A stretch of 64,000 nt of DNA from Eukaryota sp. GEM-RC1 (lineage: Eukaryota). Of this stretch, positions 1 to 12,361 are shown in pieces; within the stretch, counting starts at the first letter, position 1, and the number at the start of each line of letters is the position of its first letter. The position numbers were made by a program, and so were the translations under genes. The stretch is from positions 3,038,001 through 3,102,000 of the forward strand of contig JAUFOQ010000016.1 in NCBI GenBank assembly GCA_040285855.1, read 5' to 3'. Under the pieces are notes generated by a model that did no database searches, was not told the origin of the DNA, and worked only from the letters and a program-made list of their open reading frames with translations.

Positions 1-2
1 CT

Positions 3-3000
3 CCTAAAGATGATAACCGCTGTAGCTTCTGCGACTCCCCGGATCACAAGATAAACCTTTGTAATCATCCTGACTGTCGTAGAAGCGAGCTCCCCGCGGA
101 TCAACGTCTTCCACGATCTGAGGCAAAGAAACCTCCCACTCGTAGTAATAGTCATAGTTCGCGTAAACAAAATAAACATAGTAAGTATTTCGTGCAATCG
201 ATAAACACTATTCACAAAGATAACACATCATCGTCGGATTCACATAATCCATACATTATAGATGGGAGCCGGCTCAAAATTTGCTCACGGCTAAGCCGCA
301 GGCATTAGCCAGCCGGCTGCGGCTTACAACGCATTTTAGCCAGCTCAAGCCGGCTAAAGCCGGCTCAGCCGCATGTTGGTTGATATATCAATAAAATGAT
401 TCAGAACCATTGTTAATGACAACTACACCGAGTATCAAAACGACACAATGCTGATACTATTGATCAGTACATTCCAGTTTTCACAGATTTTACATGTCAC
501 ATATTTTTGTGATTATCACTTATATACTTGACGGTTAGTTATCGCTTGAATCTGTGAAACAATCGAAACACCACTATGGAATTGGCTGTCTGCCTAAAAT
601 ATGACAACAGTACGATAGTACTTTTGAGAAGGAGCTTAATTAGTCCTAAAGAAACAAAGTCGTTGGAGGAAGAGCTCTGACGGACTCTAGGTTTTTTACT
701 GTCTCGGAACACAAGTATAGCGGTTTATTTGGAAGCAAAAGATGTAATAGACATTTAAAGTGTCAGAAATAGACACTGCGACAATGTACATAAGGCACTG
801 AATGTACTATCAGTGCCCAAGAAAAACAGTAGGGCAATTATTTGACACATATCAACTATATTCACCAATTCTACTGTTGCTCGAACGTTGATAAACATTA
901 GTAGCCCTAAACTGTTCTGTAAAGCGCTGTAAATGATATTTTCGATTTCTAAATTCATCATTCGTTCTTTATTAGCTATGTTTTCTGAGAACCTAAAATA
1001 TTCGGCTTGAGCCGGCTAAAAATATATTTAGCCAGCCGGCTTGCAGCTGAAAATTTTTCTATTCTGGACCAGTCGGCTGGCTCGGCTAGCCGGCTCAGCC
1101 GGCTAAATTGAGCCGGCTCCCATCTCTACCATACATAAACCCACTCCACAACATCAGTAATTCGAGTGGTACGAACTCACTAAGCCTGAATTCAATATTC
1201 AGCACAATCGATCACCAGGATCCACCACCATTCCTCAGCTGCAGTCTGACCATCAATGGTGTTTCGATTCAGGGTCTTTGGGACAGTGGAGCATCAATGT
1301 CCGTAATCACACGAGACCTGGTCGATAGATGTTCAATGAAGTTCATTAACAAGAACGTACCATTCACATCTGCAAACAACGTCAGATCTCACTCACTGGG
1401 TAGCGCCCAAGGGATCTTGACCTTCAAGTTCAGTAAGGTGACACACCTAACATCTGTGACGAAGACTTTACCTATCATCCCTGGATCCAACAAATGTTTG
1501 TTAGGTATTGATCTCATGAAGCAGTTAGGTTTACTGACTGAAGAGGGACTAATCATCCCGGTTCAACAGACTATGTTAGCTCATAGCAACGACGAGTCAG
1601 AGTTCGACTCAAACATATCTATGCCCAATAGCCTTTCTATTATAGACAATATAGATTTCAATAAATTTGTTTATGATTCCGGCTGTTCAATCAAATTAGA
1701 TGACGATGATAGAACCAATCGTTTACTGAACCTCCTTAGCGAGTTCTCAACTATCTTCGATTCCGTTCCTCACAAAGATGGCATCAATTGTCCACCGATG
1801 ACAATTGACTTCTACGACGAAGAGTCCACGGTGAAACGAAAACCTCGGAGGCTTAATCCTGTCAAACAAAGGATAGCCGAAGAAACCTTTCATGAACTAG
1901 TACGTTTGGGATACGCTGAGTATACTACACCCAACGGAAAATTCAGCTCCCCGGTAGTACTTGTGGTATACCCTGATCATCGTAAGCCTAGACTTACGGG
2001 TGACTTCAGTGGTACTGGAGGAGTCAACGAACTTACTAAACCTGTCCAACCGAATCTACCGAGAATCGCAGACATACAGGAATTCCTGAGTGAAGCTAAC
2101 TACATAGCCACTCTCGACCTGCCAAAAGCATTTTGGCAACTGAATCTCGCAGATCACGAACGCGACAAAACAACTCTAGTTATCCATGGCCTAGCCATTC
2201 GATTTAAACGAGCTTGTTTTGGTCTAAAGAACGTGCCTGCAATCTTTCAAAACTTGATGATGGATATTTTCGACCACGAAGGTATATTCATCTACATCGA
2301 TGACATCATCATAGTCGCCAAAACTTTTGATGAATACTTATCTAGAATAAAATTCGTTCTTGAGAGAGCTCAACTCTATAGAGTCAACCTTGGCTTACAC
2401 AAGTGCAAGTTCATAACAAAGAATCATCCTATAACTATCTTAGGTTGCGAATACATCGACAACACTCGTCGAATCGATTCAAAACGTGTAGAAGCTCTGG
2501 TAAACATACCAACACCGACCACCATCAAAGAAGTTCGAAGTTTCGTCGGTTCTATCAACTACATTAAAGATTTCATAGCAGATGCATCGGACCTACTAGC
2601 TCCTATAATAGCCCTAGTAAAGAACAAAGCACGAACAGTTCATTGGACACCTCAACTTCAATCAAATTTTGATGAAATCAAAAGAGGATAATCAATCACA
2701 TGCCACTATGTCTACCAGACAAAGACAGACGCATACTGATCAGCGCAGACGCTAGCGATATCGCCGTAGGTGGTGTCGTATGGCTAGAATGCACCCCTCA
2801 TTCACCTGAGGGAACTCCATTGAACGACCGCAAAGTAGAACCACTAGCATTCTACAGCAAACTACTCACTGACTCTCAACAGAACTGGGCCACAATTCAA
2901 AAGGAATTGTACGCCATTCTCCTGATTTTAACAGAATCTCAACTGTCATCATACCTTATCAGCAGGGGAATTAACGATCTTCACAGATCATAAAAACCTC

Positions 3001-4850
3001 GCTTACTTAATCTCAGCACCCGAGAAGAATAGGATGGTCAAACGATGGATCCCTATTCTCAGTGAATACCTATTCACCATAGTCCACACCAGTGGCGAAG
3101 ACAACCATTGGGCTGACATGATGTCACGCAATGTTATCAAAGACGCAACAACTGAGTCTATAAACAACATAGTCACATATTGCCCAGAGCATTTGTTCTC
3201 TATAACCGATAGCCGATGTCCTACTGATGAGGATACGGAATATCAAACTTTATCAACAGAGTCAATCGACATGATTGACGATGCCCTGATCAACAAATCG
3301 AAGTTATTCGACGCTTGGCTCTCGAAAGTACGCTCTACACAAGTAGAAGCCATCAAAAATAACGACCCATTGTTCCAACACCCGTCTACTTGGTTCAATG
3401 AAGAGTTCCAGCTATACATGAATAGCAACAACAAGATCTTGATACCAAGTGCCTTGGTGAAAACCACCTTGAACCACTTACACGGTTTTCCACATGCAGG
3501 TCACCCTAGCATTAAAGATAGCATTGATCGGCTAAAATCTAGTGACTACTTCTGGCCCAGCATGATCAACGACATGAAAACTCACTGCAAGCAATGTCCA
3601 GCTTGTCAAAAGACAGCTCCCCTTGCCAAAACAACTATCAAATCTTCAGGTAATTTATGGTCCGACAAACCATTTGCAAAGATGAACGTCGACACAATAG
3701 GACCACTTCCCACTGACACATCGGGAAACATTTACTTACTAGTGTTCATAGATTCCTTCACCAGATTCACAATCCTATGTCCACTAAAGGAACTGAATGC
3801 TCATGAGACAGCATATTCGTTAGTGTGTAACGTTTGTGCCATCTTCGGCATTCCAGATCTCATTCATAGTGACAATGGCAAAGAATTTGCTAATCACGTT
3901 TTCAATGACGTCTGTAAGCAATTTGACATCACAACTAATAAATCTATACCTAGTTTCTCTCCTAGCAACGGTTTAGTTGAACGTCGACACAGAGACATTC
4001 TACAAGCTTTACGAAAGATGCTCATAGACTTCAATGACTATGACAACTGGAGTAAATACATCCCACTAGTACAACTGCTGGTAATCACTACGAAGAGTAG
4101 AGTAACCGGCTTTACACCGTACGAACTGATGTTTGGATCTAACACCAACCCTGGTAGTGATCCAAGTAAAATCATCTCTTGCCTCACTCAGAACAAGATT
4201 TCAGAAGATTCCTTTCTAGCTGATTACCAATCAAAATTAACAAGAATTTTGAAAAACGGGAAGAAGCAGAAACCACCCAATCATCTATCAAATCTTCCAT
4301 TACTACGGTTGATACTCCCTCGCTATTTGCTATCGGTGACCTAGTACTACGAAGTAACAAAGCAGCTAAGAAGCTTCATGGCAAACAAGAGGGACCGTAC
4401 CTCGTCACTGATATACCTTCCAAAAGCTCACTTGAACTGCAGAACTTTGTCACCGGACATCGTTTCCGCTCCAGCATTCATCTATGCACCAAGTACCTTT
4501 CCGACAAACCCTCCTCCGATGAGTTCCACAAAGCAGTAGCTTCTTGTGACTCTGAAGAGATGGTCATCATCGAGATCCTTGATCAACGTGATTCACCTAC
4601 AGGTCCCATATGTTCCGTCGTATGGTTTGACGGCGACACTACTGAGGAACCCCTGAGTCTGGTTAAGAACACTAGGGCTTACTCAAGTTTTATTAAACTA
4701 AATCCTCACGCCAAACCCAAATCTAAACCCAAAACTAAATCTAGAAGTACGCGTAATAGACAAGCGATCCCTAGTAACACTCCTGATTCCGTCATTCTCA
4801 CTACTCCACCTGCTAAGAGGACTAGGTCCTCGAAAAAGGGGAAGAAGTAA
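3..4850 (+). CDS. gag-pol polyprotein, interrupted by a MITE at 257-1128 and by homopolymer frameshifts near 2680, 2965 and 4255
   Basis: ORFs 1108-2691, 2700-2993, 3034-4344 and 4560-4850 join by single-base shifts in A/G runs. Removing the MITE plus one TSD joins the gag frame (..SHNPY) to the pol frame (INPLHN..). Confidence 0.9.
257..1128. mobile_element. Non-autonomous hAT element (AGCCGG subterminal repeats)
   Basis: TIRs TATAGATGGGAGCCGGCTCAA / TTGAGCCGGCTCCCATCTCTA. 8-bp TSD CCATACAT at 249-256 and 1129-1136. Confidence 0.95.
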
Positions 4851-5132
4851 TGTTAGTGTCATGACTCATCAGGACCTATTTGTATAATAAATTCACTTTT
4901 CTCTATTCATATGACTAAGACCAACAAATACTTGAATTCTGTACTCATTCACTAGTCTTTTTAGTTAATGTATATATAAAGAGAGCTCAAGAAAGAGTGA
5001 GTGCAGCAGCATCCATTGCACTGAGTGTGCACTCTGTAATTAAAGCACCTTTATAAGTTATACAGGTTTATATATATTTATTATTAACTAATCTCTTCAC
5101 TCTTGTTTATGTCTCAGAAAAGAGAGTCAACA
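4851..5132 (+). repeat. 3' LTR, preceded by a polypurine tract (~4832-4846)
   Basis: GAAAAAGGGGAAGAAG precedes TGTT at 4851. TATATATAAA lies at 4971. The end at AACA 5132 is inferred, since the 5' LTR is not in the window. Confidence 0.7.
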
Positions 5133-5346
5133 CATCAATCTGGTAAAACCGTTTGATTTTCTGACTGTTCCGATCGATGCAAAAATTGAATACATCAATT
5201 ATCACAAAGTTGTATAAGTTTTCTGTTGATCAGCAATACTCTGTATCTAGTGTATATTTTTGTCCTTTTCTACAAACCGTTTCCCGTTTACATGTATTTA
5301 TTTATTGTATAAACTTTTATTTTATTTTTTTGTAAGAAACCTTGAT

Positions 5347-7038
5347 TTATTCAGGTAACAACTCCCCACCTTGAGGCTCACCTTCTACTTCCATTCCCTG
5401 TCCTCCAGCCTGAGCAGGTTCTTTCTTCGCAACTCCACTAACGATATCGTCAATTCTCAGCAACAATGAAGCAGCTTCCACAGCTGTCTTCAAGACGTTG
5501 GCCTTGACTGCATAAGGTTCCAATACTCCCAACTCAATAGCATCAGTTACAACACCTTTAACACCATCTAGACCCATAGTATGATTACCAGACGCATGTT
5601 GAGCTCTAAGTGCAGTAATAACTCGAATAACTGAAGCACCACAGTTTTGAGCCAAAATACGTGGAATTACTTCTAAAGCTTGAGCCGCTGCTCTATAAGC
5701 CATCTGAATAATTCCTTCAACCCCAGTAGAAGCCTCAGTAAGTTTAACAGAAAGTGCCATATCAATACATCCTGCTCCAGGAACAACAAAGGTTCATACA
5801 TGATGTTTCTAGCAACACTCATGGCATCCTGAAGATTTCGTTCAACTTCATTTAAAATATCCTTGGAAGCACCACGTAATAGAATAGTACATGCCTTGGG
5901 ACTTGTACATTCATCAAAGAAAGAAAAGTATTCATCACCAATCTTTCTCACTTCAAACAGCCCACATCCAACACCAATGTCAGAATCACGAACCTCATCA
6001 GGACGACTTACGACTGTAGCACCAGTAGCTCTAGCAATACGGTTGTTATCAGTCTTTCTACATCTACGGAGACAAGAAACTCCAGCATCAACAAAGTAAT
6101 GAAGAGCATAATCAGATATGCCCTTTTCAGTCACAATAACATCAGGTTTAAATGATAGAATAAACTGACAAATACGTTCAATATAGAGTTCTTCTTGCTT
6201 CAACAGAACATCCCAATCACCTTCCTTAGAGATCTCTACATTGGTCTGAGACTCGGCTTTCTTGTATTCAATAGGACAATCTAATAGAAGAATGCGTGGG
6301 TTTTCAATTCTTCTCTTCATTTGAGGGTGGATGATGTCCTTGTTTAGGCATACTCCTCTCAAGACTTGAGAGTCCTCAATGTCACCACCGGGGATCTTCT
6401 CAACTCTGGCAAACTTCTTAATGTCGATCTCCTTGGTTTCGTCATCGGTAGTGTGGGTTACGGTGGAAACAGCATCAACGGCGAGACGACACATTAGATC
6501 GATCCAGCGAGAGACAAACTTAGTTCCAAGAGTAGACTTGACTAGGTTTGAAACTTCCTCCTTGTTGTCAAGGTTGACTGGTCGCCTCATGTCCTTGAGG
6601 ATATCAAGGGCATCGGAGAGAAGCTTGTTGTAGGCTTCAACGATGATGGTGGGGTGAATGTTCTTGTTGATGAGAGGTTCAGCGCAGGCAAGGAGTTCAG
6701 AAGCGAGGATGATGACTGAGGTTGTTCCGTCACCAACTTCTTCGTCTTGGGTTCGTGCTAGTTCAATCATAGTTCTGGCAGCCGGATGAGCGACGTCGAT
6801 TTCACGAAGGATGCAGTTTCCATCGTTAGTTATTTGAAGACCGGCCATGGGATCGACAAGCATTTTAAGCATAGATTGAGGACCGAGAGTAGAGCGGATA
6901 ATGTCACCAACAGTTTTTGCTGCGGCGATGTTTGAGATTTGAGCTTTGCGTCCAGATTGGCGCTTAGTATTTTGTTCTGGTGTCAGAGAGATAGAGAAAG
7001 AAAGACAAACGTAAGACGATAACAGGGGCTTTTGACAT
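5347..7038 (-). CDS. CCT3: T-complex protein 1 subunit gamma; exon 1 7038-7011, intron 7010-6977, homopolymer frameshift ~5790
   Basis: Spliced N-terminus MSKAPVIVLQQNTKRQSGRKAQ. Motifs GDGTTS, TNDG, RVEKIPGG and LLRIDDIVSG. Adding one T restores EPFVVPGAG. Confidence 0.95.
6977..7010 (-). other. 34-nt spliceosomal intron
   Basis: GTTTGT...CTGACACCAG. Removal gives the canonical CCT3 N-terminus in frame. Confidence 0.85.
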
Positions 7039-7123
7039 TTAAGAGTGATGGAGGAATTTTGGTTCAGACTCTGAACTTCAGAGGATAAAGAATCTTTCTG
7101 CTGTGCTTTTGCTACTAGCAGTA

Positions 7124-7480
7124 CAGTATCCTCTCTATAACTTCTCGCTGTATATCTTCTCACGCTCTATAAATTCTCGTTTTTTCAATTCCCTAAGTCA
7201 TTTGGTTATATAACTTCTCGGTTTATATCTTCTCGCTTTTTATGAGCCAAACAATAAAACATCGTAAACCAAAACCCGTTGAAATCGGGATCAAACAGAC
7301 AGCACTCACTCATTTAGTATGCTGATAAAAATGCACACTTAAAGAACATTTATGCACTTTTTCCACTCTTCAAACAAAGCACATGTGAGTGATATTGAGT
7401 ATACTTAATAAAAATATGTATTATATGGGCTTTAAACATAATTGTAGAACTTCTCGCACTCTATATCTTCTCGGTTTTTT
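7124..7480. mobile_element. Possible single end of a Tc1/pogo-like element
   Basis: Starts TA|CAGTATCCTCTCTATAAC. The motif TA(T/G)AACTTCTCG..TATATCTTCTC recurs at ~7137, 7209 and 7445. No partner TIR found. Confidence 0.35.
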
Positions 7481-7635
7481 GTGTTTTAACGATGCGAAGA
7501 AATTAATTTTAATTCGTATGGCCTAAAGTTAATTAATTCACTACAACATCGAACTCTGGGATCTATGCGATGGTCAGTGAAATGTGTGGACAACATTGAT
7601 ATCCAGAAGATGAAGAAGCGAATAGTGATGAGTAA

Positions 7636-9290
7636 GAAACAGTTGACGTTCTCAAAAAGTGTTTTTCACGTTTCATTGAACTTTCTTTGAGTATTGGTTT
7701 AACAATTAACTTTGATAAGTGTTTTCTTGTTGTTAAGTATTCGAATGTTTCTAATCGTGGTTGTTGTAATAATCATATCATCGATTATTCTGCTCAATGT
7801 TTTCGTTTTCTTGGCACATTTTTGGGAAATTATGAGAAAATTGGAGGGTTCATTGACTTCCATTGAAGAAAAACTAAATCAAATATTATCTTTAGATGTG
7901 AGTAAACATGTATCTTTTGCTATGCTCCAGGTCTGTTTTGCCAGGAAAATTAATCATTTTTTACGCTCATTAGACTTTTCCCTTACTGAAACATTTGGCA
8001 AGAAATTTAATTCTATTAGAACAAACTTTATCTCTAACTTGGCTGAAATTGATGAGACTAAGATTCCATTTCATGCTTTTTATTCATCTGATTACGCAGG
8101 GGTAGGTTTCACCCATGCAAAAATCATTAGAAAATATGCTCTTTTAGGAGGTGTTAAGAATTTTATGTTTGAATTTTTGGAACGGTTTCCGTTGGATGGA
8201 ATCAATCTGTTGAATTACAGTAATTGTCGTTGGATTCAATCTGCTAAAGATTTGGTATCATCTGTATCTCCTCAAATGTGGGAATCTTTGTTCCCTTCTC
8301 ATTTGAAGGAAACCCCTTAAAAAAATATTTCATCTCTACCATCTGCTGTATGTAAACTGCAAAATAAATTGACAAAGGATTTTGAATTCTTGGACTTTAA
8401 TAATCGTATTAGCTTGGCTAAAACTAATAGTCCCGAGTTCGCTGCTTTTTTAATGACCTTTGTAATAGTGGACCTTCTGGATTTATTTCTCAAATTCTTA
8501 AGGTGTTTGGATTACATCTATCTGATGAAGCTTGGATGATCAATGTGCGTCTTCGTTTGGCTATTTGACCTGCAAATTGATTAAACTATTCAACTGGCTC
8601 TTGTGGAGCTAATGGTGTTTTTCGTCATTTAATTAAATGTCGTTATTTCATTCATCTACGTGCAGTAATTCATGATGGTGTACGTGATTATTGTTATTCC
8701 ATGTTTAAAGCACATGGTTTTCACTCTACCAGTTTTGAATGATCTTTCAGCAAATGAATTTTCTGATCAAAAAGAGGGGATCTACATACTCCGTGGCTTA
8801 AATCGAGTCAATCATTAATGAATTTTACTACAGTAGATGTATGTAACAAATCTTGCGTTAGTAGGATGTAAGATTCTTCTTTTAATCCGTTAACAGCTGC
8901 TGAGAAGCTCAAACACTCTTACTATGACTCTCAAGTTGAAGAATTAAATCGAAACTCATATTCCAGATATGTGTTTTAACCTCATGTTGTTTCTCTTTTT
9001 GGATCTATTAGTCCTGCTGGTGATCAATTTTTCAATGTGTAACGAAAAGAAGCGTAAGTTTAGAATGGCTGAATGGAAAAAACCGTATAGTGTTTTCCAT
9101 ATATCGGAATATGCCTTTCTATTTCTCTCGATTAAAAATTGTACACGTTTGGTGTGAAGGTTAATGTTGAAAAACGTAATCTTTTACCGGGTGGTGATAA
9201 AGTGGTTTGGATTTAATATTAGTAATATTTGTTTGTTTGTACAATTTCATAGTTTTGTAGGAAGGTTACCTTATTGGGTACCGAATATAA
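7636..9290 (+). mobile_element. RLE-type non-LTR retrotransposon, family A, 5'-truncated and decayed
   Basis: RT C-terminal motifs (GLTINFDKC, FRFLG), RLRL, CCHC-like knuckle, RGDL..FTT..K.Y endonuclease. Closely similar to 31716-33088, including the 3' UTR. Confidence 0.85.
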
Positions 9291-9599
9291 TTTTAGTACT
9301 TCATAACCATCTGTCTTCATTTATACAAATTATCGTTCTAGACAGAGTCTTTATTAACATTCCTCCAATTTCATAGTTTTAAAAACAAACGAATATTACT
9401 AAATTATCGTACTATTGATATAATCTGAGTGCATGTGTTCTTCGCAAGGATCCTACGGTAGGTTCTTTATTTGAATAGGTGAAAATCTCATCTTTGATAC
9501 AATTAGATCCTACATACAGCCTTTTCAAAGGAACCGTTGTTAAATAATGAATCAGCCAAATAGATCACACCTTCAGAGAACAAACACCTCTATTCTACT

Positions 9600-10488
9600 T
9601 AGAGTTGGCAAACAACGCGACGAGTCATGACTTTTTCATGACGTGACGTGACTTGAAGTCACGTCGACTTGGGTTTTTTCCGATGACTTCAAGTCACGTC
9701 AACTTGGTTTTTGGTGACGACGTCATGACGTCGTCGTGACTTCTGAGTCTGTTTATTAATACTCTGTTTTTGTATTTAATAATGGGTTATTTGTTACATA
9801 TGCTCATGGGTGTTATCCTTCTCTTTTATAAACAATGATAGGTATCATGTTTTGGTCACTAGAAGATAATAAAATCAGTATTGCTTCAAATTCATATAAC
9901 TATTTGATCAACAGTTTGTGTTGTACGAGGCTAAAATTGCTTCTCAGGAAAATGAAAATCCCCAAAGTGCTATTAATCAAACTCCATCATTTTTTGATAG
10001 CTCTGATGATGACGAAGATGAAGACGACGAGAGTGACAAGAGTGACGATGACGTAGTGTTGGATGATGAGCGTCAACAATACATTGGTGAACCAGTGTCA
10101 TCTTTAGAACCATTGGCGTATTGGGAAGCACATTCGGCAAGATTCCCTGTGCTTTCGACCATCGCTTGTGACTTTTTGTGCATCCAAGCAACATCAGTAC
10201 CAAGTGAACGGTTGTTTTCACAAGCAGGTCTCACAGTTACTGACAGAAGAATTCGTTTGAGTTCCAGTTCTGTACAAGCACTGCTTTGGTTGAACTCATG
10301 GAATGATTTGTAGCCAGTAGGATTTTTGGAATAAAGTGTGTTAATATCTAGTTCAAAAGTCATGTAACGATGACGATGACGTGACTTGACGTGACGATGA
10401 CGTGACTTGGTTTTGTTGGAAGTCACGTCACGTCGACTTGACTAGACATCGTCATGACTCGTCAGGACGTCGTCATTTGCCAACTCTA
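9600..10488 (+). mobile_element. Internally deleted hAT element retaining the C-terminal dimerisation domain
   Basis: TIR TAGAGTTGGCAAA / TTTGCCAACTCTA. TSD ATTCTACT at 9592-9599 and 10489-10496. GACGT/GTCAC repeats. ORF 9918-10313 has YW..HSARFPVLS..ATSVPSERLFS. Confidence 0.93.
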
Positions 10489-10596
10489 ATTCTACTAATG
10501 TATCAAAAGATTCTAATCATTGATGTAAAAATGTTTTCTGTAAGTAAGCTGTAGTTGAAATACAATAAAAACCACAATATTTCATAATTCTTAAAC

Positions 10597-11365
10597 ATGA
10601 CTACCACGACCTCCACGGTGACGTGTTCACTTGCCAAGTTTTTTGACCCACCAGCTCGGGCAGTGATGAACATGCAATTTCGTTACCTTCGAGACGTTGC
10701 TGTTCACTCAACTCTACTGGCCCGAGTGTTTGTGCTCCAGCATCCCCACTTAGCACGCTGGTTGACTGACCAGCGTTTCTGGTACCAGTGCTTTGGGTTC
10801 GTTGCTGACTCTGAGCCGAAAGTAAACCGCCCTTTTGAGAATGACAATGGAGTGTATACTCCGCATCTGTCGTCGAGTCGTCCACCAATATCCATTTGGC
10901 CGTTCCCCTTCTTGGCCGACACAAACCAACAGGCTGGTGTCACTCAGATCTTTTGAGTGTTACATTGTAGGTAACGACAGTTGTCTGAAGCTTTTCAACA
11001 ACTGATGGTTGATGGTCCAGCCAGTTGGAAGCTGAACTTCTTCCGGACCGCTGCTGCTTAACTCGACTGCCCAACCTCTAAGGAATACACGTCGGCTTTC
11101 GTACGTGGTTGCTCAACCTGGAGCATCACTGCAGCAATGGTGGAATGCTCATCACCAGCAAACTCTGGCCACATTTATTCAGTTATACCGTTCTGTTCAA
11201 TGATCTATTGGCAGAACGGTGTGTTGTCCTGAATGAAACGAACACCTCATTTTTGTTCGCAGCCGGATTGAACTTGTTGTCTGCTCTTGAGGAAGCTGTG
11301 CCAGAGTGTATGCGCCGAAATGCTCTAACTCCAATGTCATGATTGGGTTTTCGTTTTGATATTTA
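10597..11365 (+). pseudogene. Candidate Fanzor1 (TnpB-related) N-terminal remnant, no RuvC
   Basis: TVTCSLAKF..VAVHSTLLARVFVL..LTDQRFWYQCFGFV, GVTQIF and LEE..RRNALTPMS*LGFRFDI resemble my recollection of the Fanzor1 N-terminal pattern. Contains stops and frameshifts. Confidence 0.4.
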
Positions 11366-12361
11366 AAAATGAAAACATTTATAGTGTAGAAAACTATTTG
11401 TTTAGTGTTGGAAATGTTACTGTAATAGAGTGGGAAACTTGATACTTCTTACAAATTACCATTCCCCTGTAATAAACCAGGTGCCACCATATCCCATTTT
11501 CGTACATACAAAGAATCATCATTAACTTATAATCAATACTTGTGTACTTGTCAAAACTACTTTTTTGAAAAATGAAGCACATTTATCATGAAAAAGGCCA
11601 ATTGACGATGTTGTAAACTGGTCACTGTTACCAATCGAGAAAAGTAAAGCCATCCTAAAGCTAATGTTTTGAATCAAATTGAACGACCGACATGATGGAA
11701 ATTGCTTCCATCATAAAAACAAAGCACCCTTCATGTAAGAACACGTATTACCCAAGAAAAGGGGATAACTCAATGAAGTGAAACTGACAATCTCTTCGAA
11801 TTTGAGGATTTTCTTCAAGGTCCGCAGACTTCAAATGAGAGATCCTCTGTAAACGTGTAAACGTGATGTCTGCAAATCTACAGAACAGAGCAGAATTAAG
11901 CTTATAGCTTATAGCTAGTGTTTCTCCGGTAGCTTTCAGTATTAAACGATCTAAACAATTCTCAAAAATGATGAACACCACATTAGATTAGTAGAACAAA
12001 AACTAACATCTAAGTTCTAGAACTCTTTTATGCACTAGACTGATGGACATTAACCGATTGTTTTCCACTGTGACGTTCATCAGAAGGATCTACCACAGAA
12101 AAGGCTTTGAACAGCCACCTAGAAAGTTGATTAATTAATAAGAAAGATCTGAGCAACTTACTTCTGTTTGGCTCTTCTGCAGCCAAAAGTACGAATATAC
12201 AGCTCAAAATTTAGTATCTTCTGATGTCATGACATTGGAGATTACGTAGGTCAATCTCTGGGTCTATCAGCCTTTGAAAGGTATATACCATAACATTTAA
12301 TATATATATTTTGAGACGAGAACATGAACGACAAGATTTTTCGGGTAAAATCTTGCAATAC

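Larger units (their letters stand above)
1..5132 (+). mobile_element. Ty3/gypsy LTR retrotransposon (5' part lies outside the window), chromovirus-like
   Basis: Gag zinc knuckle CSFCDSPDHKINLC (21-62). Domain order is protease (LWDSGAS), RT (LDLPKAFWQ, YIDD), RNase H (ADASD), integrase (HAGH..CKQC, D-D-E), GPY motif and a chromodomain-like tail. PPT and a TG..CA LTR follow. Confidence 0.95.

Noticed and set aside
5673..7163. ORF-track N-terminal extensions for CCT3, and likewise for the decarboxylases, TMC, MRJP and PFL
   Set aside because: They come from upstream near-cognate starts or read-through of an intron. Downstream ATGs match the family N-termini better.
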